Of a stretch of DNA of 64,000 bases, positions 19,514 to 29,421 are shown one piece after another (position 1 is the first letter of the stretch; each line of letters begins with the position of its first letter). This DNA comes from Polyangiales bacterium (GTDB lineage: Bacteria; Myxococcota_A; Polyangia; Polyangiales; Ga0077539). The stretch is taken from the NCBI GenBank assembly GCA_044229975.1, contig JBGARZ010000008.1:352001-416000 (forward strand). Direction: 5' to 3'. The notes under the pieces were generated by a model. The model was not told the DNA's origin. It made no database searches and saw only the letters and a program-made list of their open reading frames with translations. A program made the position numbers and the translations under genes.

Positions 19514-21023
19514 GCGCGGCGTCGTCGCGGCCCTCGCGCTCGCGGCCCTCACCGCAAGCTGCGAGACGCCCGCCACCAACGTGCTCGTCGTCGTCGGAAC
19601 CGACCTCGACCCCGCCCTCCCGCTCACCGTCACCGCCCGCCTGACCCGCGGCTCCGACGGTGGCGAAGGCCGCCTCGCCGGACCATGGACCCGCGTCTCC
19701 CCCGACGCCGGCGACCTCGACGGCGGCGTCACGCTCCCGCTCTCCTTCGGCGTCGTCCCCGGAGAGAACTCTCTCGACGAGCCCGTGAGCGTTCTTGTCG
19801 AGGGCGTCGTCGGCGACGTCACATTGCGTCGGCGCGCGTCGTTCGTCTTCGTCTCGCGGCGCACCGGGGTGCTGCGGGTGTTTCTCACGCAGCGCTGCGC
19901 CGAACCCGCGGACGGCTGCGTCGAGCCCGTGCGCTGCACCGTCCAACAACGCTGCGAAGAGCAGGGCCTCACCTGCGGCAACGACGGAACCTGCGTCGAC
20001 GTGCGCGTCCCGCTCTCCGACGACCGCGACGCGTCCTTCGGCGACATCGTCCCCGGCGAGGCGTGCGGCGGATACGGTCAGCGCTGCTGCACCGTCGGCC
20101 CCGGATGCACCGCGCCCAACGCCTGCGTCGCGGGCACCTGCCGTCGTTGCACCGACCCCGCGCAGCTCTGCTGCGACGGCCCCGCGCTGCGCCCCAACGG
20201 GGCCACCTGCGCGCCCACCGACGACCCCTGCCAGACCGCGGGCACCTGCGCCGACGGCGTCTGCGGCGCCCGTCGCAACGCCCCCGACGGAACCTCCTGC
20301 GGAACCGCCGCGAACCCCTGCCAGCAGGCGCCCGTGTGCATGTCCGGCGCGTGCGTTCGTCGCAACACGCCCGACGGAACCTCCTGCGGCGCTTCCCCCG
20401 GCGCATGCCGCGAGGCACCCGTGTGCATGGGCGGCGCGTGTCAGCCCGCGCAACCCGTCGCCGACAACACGGTCTGCGGCGCGGCCTCCGACGTCTGCCA
20501 TCTGACCAGCGTCTGCCGCGCGGGCGCGTGCACCGAGCGCGATGCGCCCACGGGCACCGTTTGCGCCGCCGCCACGGGTCCATGCGTGCGCGCTCGCACC
20601 TGCGCAGGTGGCGCGTGTCAGGCCGCGGCAGCCGTCCCCAACGGGACGGTGTGCGAAGGCGCGCGCAACCCCTGCGAAGGCGCAGCGACGTGCGCGAGCG
20701 GTCGCTGCGGCGGCCACGCGGCGCTCCCCGACGGAACCCCCTGGGGAGCCGGCGGCGTCAACCGCTGCTGCGGCGGGAGCGCGGTGCAGGTCAACACCGG
20801 CGGCCGTTGTGGCGGCTGCGGCATCGTGTGTCGCAGCGGGACATGCCGTGCGGCGCTCGGGCAGTTCTATTGTGCGTGCTCGTCCAACGCGCAGTGCGCG
20901 CCGGGCATCTGTCGCACGCAGTCACCCAACGCCAACCTCTGCGCGTGCGAGAACACCGCCGACTGCCCCGCGGGCATGCGCTGCGTCGACGTGAGCTTCA
21001 ATCCGAACTACTGCACCTACTGA
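19479..21023 (+). CDS. Cys-rich repeat lipoprotein
   Basis: Lipobox TASC; repeats PDGTxCG...PC...C..G.C; start uncertain. Confidence 0.75.
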   Translation: MDPGAARSSSRRRGVVAALALAALTASCETPATNVLVVVGTDLDPALPLTVTARLTRGSDGGEGRLAGPWTRVSPDAGDLDGGVTLPLSFGVVPGENSLDEPVSVLVEGVVGDVTLRRRASFVFVSRRTGVLRVFLTQRCAEPADGCVEPVRCTVQQRCEEQGLTCGNDGTCVDVRVPLSDDRDASFGDIVPGEACGGYGQRCCTVGPGCTAPNACVAGTCRRCTDPAQLCCDGPALRPNGATCAPTDDPCQTAGTCADGVCGARRNAPDGTSCGTAANPCQQAPVCMSGACVRRNTPDGTSCGASPGACREAPVCMGGACQPAQPVADNTVCGAASDVCHLTSVCRAGACTERDAPTGTVCAAATGPCVRARTCAGGACQAAAAVPNGTVCEGARNPCEGAATCASGRCGGHAALPDGTPWGAGGVNRCCGGSAVQVNTGGRCGGCGIVCRSGTCRAALGQFYCACSSNAQCAPGICRTQSPNANLCACENTADCPAGMRCVDVSFNPNYCTY

Positions 21024-21044
21024 CCCGATGGGCCATCCCCACGA

Positions 21045-21202
21045 CATCGCTCACGCCCTCCCAATGCGCCCTCACCCGAAGCGAAGCGGAGGGGCGCGAC
21101 GCTCACCTTTTCAGTCACCTTCTGGAGCGCGCTCGGATACCCAACAGTCGCGCCCCTCCGCTTCGCTCCGGGTGAGGGCGCATTGGGGTGACGTGAGCGA
21201 TG
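21045..21202. repeat. Long palindrome (56-bp arms, 46-nt loop), REPIN/MITE-like
   Basis: catcgctcacgcc...ggggcgcgac / gtcgcgcccc...cgtgagcgatg. Confidence 0.88.
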
Positions 21203-21221
21203 CCACGCCGCGGGGTGACCG

Positions 21222-22703
21222 ATGAGCGTCGACCCCACCGCTCCGTTCACGGTCTCGGCGAAGTCGGCCACGACGGTGTACCGCTCCGTGCGCAAGATCG
21301 CGTCGGGCGGCATGGGCTCGGTCGAGCTCGCGGTCGCGGCCAGCGGTCGCTCGCTCGGGCGCATGGTCGCGGTGAAGCGACTGCACCCGCACCTGGAGGA
21401 GGACGAGCGCTTCCTGCACATGTTCTTCGATGAGCTCGCGATCACGGCGAGCCTGCACCACCCGCACATCGTGGAGATCGTCGACTGGGGCAAGGACGAC
21501 CTCGGGCACTTCCTGGTGCTGGAGTACGTGCCGGGCGACTCGCTCTTCGCGCTCGCGCGGGACGCCCAGAAGCGCCGCGTCCCCTTCCCGGTGGGCCTCG
21601 CGCTGTACGTCGTGGCGCGCACCGCCGAGGGCCTGCACGCCGCCCACGAGCTGCGCGACGAGCGCGGCGAGTCCCGCCACCTGGTGCACCGCGACGTGAG
21701 CCACTCCAACGTGCTCGTGGGCATCCACGGCCAGGTGACGCTCATCGACTTCGGCGTCGCCAAGGCGCGCGACAACCTCACCCACACCGCCGTCGGAACC
21801 GTCAAAGGCAAGCTCGGCTACCTCTCGCCCGAGCAGTACCGGGCAGAGTCCGTCGACCGCCGCTCCGACCTCTTCTCCCTCGGCGTCGTGCTGTGGGAGC
21901 TGCTCTCGGGCCAGCGGCTCTTCCACGGCGCGACCGAGTGGGAGGGCATGCGGCGCACGCTCGAACACGAGCCCACCGCGCTGCACACCGAGCGGCCTGA
22001 AGTGCCCGCGGCGGTCGACCGTGTCCTCGCCCGCGCGCTCGCGAAGAGCCGCGACGACCGCATGGCGACGTGCCAGGAGTTCGCCGACGCCCTCGACGCC
22101 ATCGCCCGCGACGCGGGCCTCGACGCCAACGAAGACGCCCTCGCCCGCTACTTCCGCGAGGCGCTCCCCGCGCGTGTCGACGAGCTCGAACGCCTCATGA
22201 TCGTCGCCCAGGCCAGCGTCGAGGAGGCCACCGCCATCCACCGCGACCTCCCGGTGCTGCCGCTCACCGTCATCACCGCGCGCCCCACGGCCCCGTCGCT
22301 CGCGCCCGTTCTCGCCGCTCCGTCTCCGCCGCGCCGCGTGTGGTGGCCCGTCGCGCTCGCGGCCGTCGTCGCGATGGTCGCCGGTCTCACCGCGCTCGCC
22401 CTCCGCCGACCCTCGGCGCCGCCGCCGGTCGTCATCGACACGGTCCACCCGGTCGCGCTCCCGGTCGAACCCGCGCGCCCGGTTGCACCTCCTGCTCCGC
22501 CTCTTCCTGCGCCCGTGATCTTCGTCCCACCACCGGTCGCACCCGAGCACCGTGACCCGCCTCATCACGGCCCCGCGCGACGCCACGCCGCGCCCGCCTC
22601 ACCGACGGCGCCACCACCGCCCGCCGCGCCTCCGGTCGTGCGCCCGGTTGCGCCGACGCCTGCGCCCGCCAGCAACCACCCGCAGCTCGACACCCATTGG
22701 TGA
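21222..22703 (+). CDS. Membrane Ser/Thr protein kinase
   Basis: SGGMGSV, VAVK, HRDVSHSN, DFG, GKLGYLSPE; TM helix; Pro-rich tail. Confidence 0.93.
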   Translation: MSVDPTAPFTVSAKSATTVYRSVRKIASGGMGSVELAVAASGRSLGRMVAVKRLHPHLEEDERFLHMFFDELAITASLHHPHIVEIVDWGKDDLGHFLVLEYVPGDSLFALARDAQKRRVPFPVGLALYVVARTAEGLHAAHELRDERGESRHLVHRDVSHSNVLVGIHGQVTLIDFGVAKARDNLTHTAVGTVKGKLGYLSPEQYRAESVDRRSDLFSLGVVLWELLSGQRLFHGATEWEGMRRTLEHEPTALHTERPEVPAAVDRVLARALAKSRDDRMATCQEFADALDAIARDAGLDANEDALARYFREALPARVDELERLMIVAQASVEEATAIHRDLPVLPLTVITARPTAPSLAPVLAAPSPPRRVWWPVALAAVVAMVAGLTALALRRPSAPPPVVIDTVHPVALPVEPARPVAPPAPPLPAPVIFVPPPVAPEHRDPPHHGPARRHAAPASPTAPPPPAAPPVVRPVAPTPAPASNHPQLDTHW

Positions 22704-23473
22704 TGACGGCCCTCGCGCGCCGCCGATACACTCCGACCTCGCGCATGAGCTTCCGTTCGCCGTGTTTCGCCGCGCTCGCGCTCACCCTCTTCGCGGGTGC
22801 GTCCTCCGCGCAGACCCTCGACGCACGAACGTTGATGGGCGCGCAGGTCGCCCCACCGTCGGGCGACGAGGGCGCGGGGCGGGCGGCCTTCGAGCGAGGC
22901 GTGGGCCTGGCCGAGCAGCTCCAGTGGTCGGCGGCGGCTGAGTCCTTCGAGGAGAGCTATCGGCTCTATCCGCGCGTCGCCACGCTGCGCAACCTCGGGC
23001 TCGCACACCGTGCGCTCGGGCGCTTCACGAGCGCGATCGATGAGCTCGGGAGGTTCTTGTCCGAGGGGCGTCCGCCGGAGGGCGTGCGCCAGCAGCTCCA
23101 GGGGCTCATCGACGACATGCGGGTGCAGCTCGCGACGCTCACGGTGATCCCGTCGGTGGAGGGCGCGTCGCTGGTCCTCGACGGGGCGCCGCTTCGTGCG
23201 CGGGAGCCTCGCTCGACCGACCCGGGCGACCACGTGCTCGAAGCGACCGCCGAGGGATACAACCCCAACGCGCAGACGCTGCGACTCGCGCGCGGTGAGC
23301 GCCGTGAGCTCGCCGTCACGTTGCAGCGCAACAGCGGTGGCATCGCGACGCGCTGGTGGTTCTGGACCATCATCGGTGTCGCGGTGGCCGGGGCCACGAC
23401 CGCGGCGGTGTTGCTGCTCTCCGAGGAGACGCCGCCCGACTGCGGAACGCTGCAACTGTGCTTGTCGCCGTGA
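22703..23473 (+). CDS. TPR + PEGA domain protein
   Basis: Signal peptide, TPR (AFERG...SFEESY...LRNLG), PEGA (GASLVLDG...PGDHVLEATAEGY), RWWFWT TM; TGATG coupling to kinase. Confidence 0.8.
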   Translation: MTALARRRYTPTSRMSFRSPCFAALALTLFAGASSAQTLDARTLMGAQVAPPSGDEGAGRAAFERGVGLAEQLQWSAAAESFEESYRLYPRVATLRNLGLAHRALGRFTSAIDELGRFLSEGRPPEGVRQQLQGLIDDMRVQLATLTVIPSVEGASLVLDGAPLRAREPRSTDPGDHVLEATAEGYNPNAQTLRLARGERRELAVTLQRNSGGIATRWWFWTIIGVAVAGATTAAVLLLSEETPPDCGTLQLCLSP

Positions 23474-24234
23474 GGGTCGTCGCAGACCTCACCCCCCAAC
23501 CCCCTCTCCGTGGACCCTCGCTGCGCTCGGGCTCGGCCGGAGAGGGGGAGCCAAGAGGGATGCTGACTGTCACCCATCACCCGAACAGGGATGTTCACTG
23601 CCTCCGGCTCCCCCTCTCCGGCCGAGCCCGAGCGCAGCGAGGGTCCACGGAGAGGGGGCTGGGGGGTGAGGTTCCCGCGCTGCTCCTCCTTCTCCTCGTC
23701 GCCGCGTGCTCGTCGCCGCTGCCGTCGGCGGTGGTCACCCTCGGCACCGACCTCCCCGCCTGTCGCCTGCCCGCGGTGCGCCTTCGCTGCGCCTACGACT
23801 GGGACGGAACCTCCCCCCGCGACACCTCTTCCTGCGAGCAGCAACTCTTCCGCGGCGCCTCCCTCGCCGAGGTGCGCCTGCCCGCGTCCTTCGGCCTGCG
23901 CGCCGACGGCACCGGCCGCGCACTCACCCTGGTCGTCGACGACGGCAGCCCGTCACCTGCGCTCCGCCGCACCGCGCGCATGATCCTTCCGTCCGAAGGC
24001 ACCGCGCGCGTCACCGTTCTTCTCCGCGCCGCCTGTCAGGAGCCGCTCACCGCGTCCGCCGACCGCCCCTGCCCCGCGGGTGCATCGCGCTGCACGCTGA
24101 GCCAGTCGTGCGAGCAGCGCGGGCTCACCTGCGGCGACGACGCAACGTGCCGACCCGTCGACCTCACCGCCGCCGAGCTCTCCTCGTCCGTCGATGCCTC
24201 GGTGCCCGAGGTGACGGGTCTCTGCCGCCCCTAG
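23470..24234 (+). CDS. Lipoprotein paralogous to N-terminal domain of 19479-21023; palindrome in 5' part
   Basis: Lipobox VAAC; shared GTDL, LPxSFG, LRR and CEQxGLTCGxDxTC motifs; GTGA overlap with upstream stop. Confidence 0.65.
   Translation: MRVVADLTPQPPLRGPSLRSGSAGEGEPRGMLTVTHHPNRDVHCLRLPLSGRARAQRGSTERGLGGEVPALLLLLLVAACSSPLPSAVVTLGTDLPACRLPAVRLRCAYDWDGTSPRDTSSCEQQLFRGASLAEVRLPASFGLRADGTGRALTLVVDDGSPSPALRRTARMILPSEGTARVTVLLRAACQEPLTASADRPCPAGASRCTLSQSCEQRGLTCGDDATCRPVDLTAAELSSSVDASVPEVTGLCRP
23486..23672. repeat. Long palindrome (67-bp arms, 53-nt loop), REP-like
   Basis: acctcaccccccaaccccctctcc...gggggagcc / ggctccccc...ggggggtgaggt. Confidence 0.92.
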
Positions 24235-24271
24235 AACACCTTCGGTAGGATTGGTCCCCACGGAGGCGACG

Positions 24272-24571
24272 ATGGAGCGAGTGAAGACGGCGGGCGCGGT
24301 GGTGCTTGTTGGGGTGCTGCTGCACCTCGGGTTGGCAGCGAGCAACGTGAACACCTTCAGTCCGCGACCGGCCCTCGCACAGGTCGCGGGGACGACGGCT
24401 CCGCGGGCCATCGGCATGCCGCAGTGCACCCGCTGGGAGATGCAGCTCTCGGGTGACCTGAACGGCGCCGTGATCCCCGTGTCGAGCGAGATGGAGCCCG
24501 TCGGGGTGGCCTACGACTCGCGCGCCGGCACCACGCGAGCGCTGCTGCGCCGCTGCACCTCGCGGCTCTGA
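24272..24571 (+). CDS. Small secreted hypothetical protein
   Basis: GGAGG RBS, hydrophobic N-terminus; overlaps 3' end of nhaR. Confidence 0.5.
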   Translation: MERVKTAGAVVLVGVLLHLGLAASNVNTFSPRPALAQVAGTTAPRAIGMPQCTRWEMQLSGDLNGAVIPVSSEMEPVGVAYDSRAGTTRALLRRCTSRL

Positions 24572-25470
24572 CCGTCGAGCCCGGCCCGCGCGCCTTCGAG
24601 GATCGCAGCCACGGCCGGGTGCTCCAGCCGCGCGTCGGTGGTGATCGCGTAGTAGCGCTCGCGCAGCTTGTCGGAGCGACCGACGACGGCCACGGCGTTG
24701 TCGCGGCAGACCTCCTCCTCGACGGCCGACGGCGCCGGGAAGACGCCCACTCCCGCGCGCCCGAAGGAGGACATGGTCGCGCCGTCATCGAACTCGGCGA
24801 CCACCACAGGGTGGATGCGGAGGTTCTCGAACCACAGGTTGAGCGAGCGCCGCATCGCGGTGTTGTCGGTGGGCATCAGCATCGGCGCGCGGTCGAGTGA
24901 GCGGGGGAAGCCGCGGCGGTAGCGGTCGGCGAGCGACGCCTTGGCGAAGAAGGTGACGCCGCACTCGCCGAGCAGGTGGTTGTAGCCGCGGAGTTGAACC
25001 GCGGTGCCGATGGGTCCGTCGCTGAGCACCACGTCGAAGCGACGCGCCGAGAGGTCGGCCAGGAGCCGGTCGCCCTTGTCCTCGCGACACACGAGATGCA
25101 CCGGCTGCGACAACCGCAGCACCGGCGCGAGCAGCCGATGCACGAGCGTCTTCGGGATCACATCAACGACACCCACGGCCAGCCGCAGCGGGTGACCGGC
25201 GGGCTGGCGCTCGACGGCGTTTACGAGGTCCTGCCCCAGCGCGAAGATCTCCTGGGCGTAGCGGTAGACGACGGTTCCGGCCTCGGTGAGCGCGAGCCCG
25301 CGACCGGCGCGCTCGAAGAGCTTGCGGCCGAGACCCCGCTCCAGCTCCTTGAGCTGGAGGCTGATGGTCGGCTGCGACACCCGCAGCTCCTCGGCCGCGC
25401 GAACGATGCTGCCCTCGCGCGCGACCACCCAGAAGTACTGGAGGTGATGGAAGTTGAGCGTCTTCGTCAT
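24511..25470 (-). CDS. nhaR: LysR-family activator, NhaR type
   Basis: LNFHHLQYFWVVAREGSIVRAAEEL HTH; YNHLLGECG and VAEFDD NhaR-typical segments. Confidence 0.85.
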   Translation of the reverse strand: MTKTLNFHHLQYFWVVAREGSIVRAAEELRVSQPTISLQLKELERGLGRKLFERAGRGLALTEAGTVVYRYAQEIFALGQDLVNAVERQPAGHPLRLAVGVVDVIPKTLVHRLLAPVLRLSQPVHLVCREDKGDRLLADLSARRFDVVLSDGPIGTAVQLRGYNHLLGECGVTFFAKASLADRYRRGFPRSLDRAPMLMPTDNTAMRRSLNLWFENLRIHPVVVAEFDDGATMSSFGRAGVGVFPAPSAVEEEVCRDNAVAVVGRSDKLRERYYAITTDARLEHPAVAAILEGARAGLDGQSREVQRRSSARVVPARES

Positions 25471-25580
25471 GCGTCCTCCGCGTCGCAGCCACTGTTAGCC
25501 AGGACCAATGAATACCCTTGAAACTTTGTCATGGTCTAACCCGACCCGAGAACCATGTTCTGTCTCGAACGGAGGCACTC

Positions 25581-25931
25581 ATGGACATCGACATCAGGGC
25601 GATCGGCTTCGAACTCTCCCCCGCTCTCGCGCAGCGCGTCGACGCGCAGGTGCGGACGGCGCTCTCCTCTTCGGGCGAGCACATCACCGGGGTCACGGTG
25701 CGTCTCGACGACGTCAACGGTGAACGCGGCGGCCCCGACAAGCGCTGCCGCATGGTGGTGTCGCTCGCCCGCCACGGCACCACCGTCGTGACCGTCACGG
25801 CGACCGACCTCTACGCCGCCATCGACGACGCCGCGAAGCGACTCCGCCGCGCCGCACAGCGCTCGCTCACCCGCCACGTCGGCCGCGAGCGGAAAGACCC
25901 GCAGCGCCCCGGAACGCTCGTCGACGCGTAG
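25581..25931 (+). CDS. HPF/RaiA (S30AE) family protein
   Basis: VTVRLDDVNGERGGPDKRC, DLYAAIDDA; divergent from nhaR. Confidence 0.85.
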   Translation: MDIDIRAIGFELSPALAQRVDAQVRTALSSSGEHITGVTVRLDDVNGERGGPDKRCRMVVSLARHGTTVVTVTATDLYAAIDDAAKRLRRAAQRSLTRHVGRERKDPQRPGTLVDA

Positions 25932-25978
25932 GTTCCCACCTCGACGCGACATCCCCCCGGTCGCACATGGGGCGTCGC

Positions 25979-27532
25979 ATGCCCCGGCCCGCCGCGCTCC
26001 TCTCCCTCCTCGCGCTCTCGCTCGCCCCCACCGCGGCGCGCGCCTTCTCCTTCGAGTCGGCGTTTTCCGACGGCTGCCACGAGCGCATCACCCGCGCCGC
26101 CGTCCGTCGCGTCGGCTGGCCCGGCGGTGCCCAGCCGCCTGCGCTCTCCGCCGAGAATGCCCTGCGCCTCTCGCGCGACCTCCCCTTCGCGCTCACCGCC
26201 GACGACCACAACCCGTGGACCCTCGCGCTCGTCCTCGGCGCCCGCGACAACGACCTGCACGGCTACGCCGCCAGTGACTTCCAGGAGCTCGCCGTCGTCC
26301 ACTCGGCCGCCGAAGACCAGCGCGAGCACTGCCTCCGCTCGCCCACCGACGACGGCCCCGAAGGCGACGTCACCGCGCTCGCCTCGTGCCGCGGATTCAT
26401 CCTGAGCGAGCTCTCCCTCGCCATCGGCGACGGCGCCGACGTCGACCTCGCCGCCACCGAGTCCGTGCCGCTGAGTCTCCCCTTCAGCGGTCGGCGCGAC
26501 GCCGCGGTGCAGCGCTACGGGTGGCACCTCGGGCGGGCGCTCCACGCCTTGCAGGACAGCTTCACGCATACGTTCCGCTCGCCCGACGGGCGGCGCGTGC
26601 GGCACGTCCTCAACTTCGTCGACCCCGCCCGCGGCGGCGACTACTCCGAGGCCCGCGACGGCCACGACCACGTCAACTCGCTCGACGGCTGCGACCCCGA
26701 GTCAGCCCGCGAGACGCACCGCGCCGACCTCGCCACCACCGCCAGCGAGCAGCTCCTCGGCGCCGTGGTCGACGCGACCGGCGGCTCTCCTGGCCGCCTC
26801 GCGCGAGCCACCGCCGTCCTCGACGCGTGGCTCACCGTCGAGCCCGGCTGCGTCTACGACAACCGCTGGTGCAACGCCCCCGAGGCAGACGAAGACAACG
26901 CCGCCGGCTGCTCCGCCTCGCCGTCCGCCCGCACCTCCACGGTGTCGCTCGTCGCCGCGCTCGCCGTCGCTGCGCTGCTGCTACGCCGTCGTCGATACGT
27001 CGCCGCGGTCGTGCTCGCCGCGAGCCTCTCGCTGCTCCCCCGCTCCGCCCGCGCCCAGTCGCCCTACGAGCCCGGTCGCTTCGCGGTGCGCGCGCTCGCT
27101 GGTGCCTCGCTCGACCGTGGCGCCATGGCGGTGTCCGTCGGCGCCCACTGGCGCGCCTCGTCGCGCTTCAGCCTCGGGATCACCACCGAGTACAACCCCT
27201 GGTATTCGCTGCCCACCGCCAGGCTCTTCGCGGGGGTGTTCAACGCCTACGCGACGGCGCAGTTCGCGTGGCGGCGCGTCGGCAACCTCGTGCTGCACTC
27301 CAGCGTCGACGTCGGCACCAGCGTCCTCCTCGACGGCCTCATCGGCGCCGAGGGCGGGACCGTCGGGCTCTACGCGGGCGCCAACATCCTCGGGGTCACC
27401 GTCGACCTCGGCCCGCACCTACGACTGGTGGTGTTGCCCGCGTCGGTGGGCATCCCCATCCCGCAGATGGCGCGGGTGCCCATCGTCTATCAGCAGTATC
27501 GCTTCTCCATCGGCGTCGAGTGGGAGTTCTGA
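25979..27532 (+). CDS. Secreted His-rich metal-binding domain + internal MYXO-CTERM-like segment + beta-barrel-like domain
   Basis: Signal peptide; CHERIT, EHCLR, HALQDSFTH; GCS...LLLRRRR; second AxA signal; ends IGVEWEF. Confidence 0.7.
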   Translation: MPRPAALLSLLALSLAPTAARAFSFESAFSDGCHERITRAAVRRVGWPGGAQPPALSAENALRLSRDLPFALTADDHNPWTLALVLGARDNDLHGYAASDFQELAVVHSAAEDQREHCLRSPTDDGPEGDVTALASCRGFILSELSLAIGDGADVDLAATESVPLSLPFSGRRDAAVQRYGWHLGRALHALQDSFTHTFRSPDGRRVRHVLNFVDPARGGDYSEARDGHDHVNSLDGCDPESARETHRADLATTASEQLLGAVVDATGGSPGRLARATAVLDAWLTVEPGCVYDNRWCNAPEADEDNAAGCSASPSARTSTVSLVAALAVAALLLRRRRYVAAVVLAASLSLLPRSARAQSPYEPGRFAVRALAGASLDRGAMAVSVGAHWRASSRFSLGITTEYNPWYSLPTARLFAGVFNAYATAQFAWRRVGNLVLHSSVDVGTSVLLDGLIGAEGGTVGLYAGANILGVTVDLGPHLRLVVLPASVGIPIPQMARVPIVYQQYRFSIGVEWEF

Positions 27533-27564
27533 GCTCCTCCACCCGACGCCGCGGTCGGCGTTGA

Positions 27565-29385
27565 CTACTCCGCGGTCTCGCGACGCGCCGGGCGGAACGA
27601 CGCGCTCAAGATCGCCTTGCGCACGCGCACGTTGAGCGGGGTGACCTCGACGAGCTCGTCGCGATCGATCCACTCCATGGCGGTCTCCACCGTGAGCACG
27701 CGCGGGGGGTAGAGGGCGACGTTCTCGTCCTTGCCGGCAGTGCGTACGCTGGTGAGCTTCTTCTCGCGGATGATGTTCACGTCGGCGTCGTTGGGGCGGT
27801 TGTGCTCGCCGACGATCATGCCTTCGTAGACGGGCGCGCCCACGCCGACGAAGAACTCGCCGCGCGGCTGGAGGTGGAAGAGCGCGTACGGGGTGCACGT
27901 GCCCGCGCGGTCGGCGACCATCGCGCCGTTGGTGCGGCGCATCATCGGACCCGCCCACTCCTTCCACCCGTGGAACTCGGTGTTGAGCAGACCCGTCCCT
28001 CGCGTGGAGGTGAGGAACTCGCTGCGGAACCCGATGAGCGCCCGCGAGGGCACCTCGAACTCCACCCGCGCGCGGCCCTTGCCCGGGTTGCTCATGTTGA
28101 CCATGACGCCCTTGCGGTCGCCGAGGCGCTGCGTGACCACACCGACGAAGTTGTCGGGCACGTCGGCGATGACCAGCTCCAGCGGCTCGTGCAGCTTGCC
28201 GTCGATCTCCTTGGTGACCACCTCGGGGTTGCCCAGCGACAGCTCGTAGAGGTCGCGGCGCAGCGTCTCGACCAGCACCGCCAGCGCCAGCTCGCCGCGC
28301 CCGTAGACGAGAAACTGGTCGGCGCTCTCGGTGTCTTCCACGCGCACGGCCGGGTTCTTCCGGGCCTCGCGGTGGAGGCGCTCGCGGATCTGCCGCGACG
28401 TGAGGTACTTGCCCCCGTCCTTGCCCGCGAAGGGCGAGGTGTTCACGCCGAAGCGCATCTTGATGGTGGGCTCCTCGACGTGGATGCGCGGCAGCACCTT
28501 CTGGTGCAGCGGATCGGTGAGCGTGTCGCCGATGGTCACCTCGTCGATGCCCGCGATGGCGATGTTTTCGCCGGCGCCCGCGTCGGGGGTGCGCTTGCGC
28601 GCGAGGCCCTCGTAGTTGAAGAGCACCGCGATCTTCGCCTCGGTGGTCTTGTCGGCGCCGATGACGGAGAGGCGGTCGCCCTCCTTGACGGTGCCCTGCA
28701 CCACGCGCCCGATGGCGATGCGGCCCACGTAGTCGTCGTGGTCGAGGCTGGTCACGATGATCTGCGTCGGCGCCTTCGGGTCGCCCGTCGGCGCGGGCAC
28801 GCGCTTGACGATGGTGTCCATCAGCGGCGCGAGGTCGGTGTTGGTGTCGCTGAGGTTGTACCGGGCGATGCCCAGCTTGCCGATCGCGTAGAGCGTCGCG
28901 AAGTCGGCCTGCGCGTCGCTCGCTTCGAGGTCACAGAAGAGGTCGAACACCTCGGAGAGAACCTCCTCGGGGCGCGCGTCCTGGCGGTCGATCTTGTTGA
29001 CGACGACCACCACCGGAAACCCACGGGCAAGCGCCTTGCGGAGGACGAAGCGGGTCTGCGGGAGGGGCCCTTCGGCCGCGTCGACGAGGAGCAGGGCCGC
29101 GTCGGCCATCATGAGGGTGCGCTCGACCTCGCCGCCGAAGTCCGAGTGTCCGGGGGTGTCGATGATGTTGATCTTGTACTCGCCCCAGCGCACCGAGGTG
29201 TTCTTGGCGAGGATGGTGATGCCGCGCTCGCGCTCCTGGTCGTTGGAGTCCATCACGCGGTCGACCATCTCCTCGTTCGCGCGGAAGACGCCCGACTGGC
29301 GGAGCATGAAGTCGACGAGGGTGGTCTTGCCGTGGTCGACGTGGGCGACGATGGCGACGTTGCGGATCTTGTCTTGGGGAATCAT
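27565..29385 (-). CDS. typA: Translational GTPase TypA/BipA
   Basis: AHVDHGKTT, RGITILAKN, DTPGHSDFGGEVER, NKID, GRGELAL. Confidence 0.97.
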   Translation of the reverse strand: MIPQDKIRNVAIVAHVDHGKTTLVDFMLRQSGVFRANEEMVDRVMDSNDQERERGITILAKNTSVRWGEYKINIIDTPGHSDFGGEVERTLMMADAALLLVDAAEGPLPQTRFVLRKALARGFPVVVVVNKIDRQDARPEEVLSEVFDLFCDLEASDAQADFATLYAIGKLGIARYNLSDTNTDLAPLMDTIVKRVPAPTGDPKAPTQIIVTSLDHDDYVGRIAIGRVVQGTVKEGDRLSVIGADKTTEAKIAVLFNYEGLARKRTPDAGAGENIAIAGIDEVTIGDTLTDPLHQKVLPRIHVEEPTIKMRFGVNTSPFAGKDGGKYLTSRQIRERLHREARKNPAVRVEDTESADQFLVYGRGELALAVLVETLRRDLYELSLGNPEVVTKEIDGKLHEPLELVIADVPDNFVGVVTQRLGDRKGVMVNMSNPGKGRARVEFEVPSRALIGFRSEFLTSTRGTGLLNTEFHGWKEWAGPMMRRTNGAMVADRAGTCTPYALFHLQPRGEFFVGVGAPVYEGMIVGEHNRPNDADVNIIREKKLTSVRTAGKDENVALYPPRVLTVETAMEWIDRDELVEVTPLNVRVRKAILSASFRPARRETAE

Positions 29386-29421
29386 GGCGGGCGGCGCCCT
29401 ACCACGGTACGCGGGGAAAGC

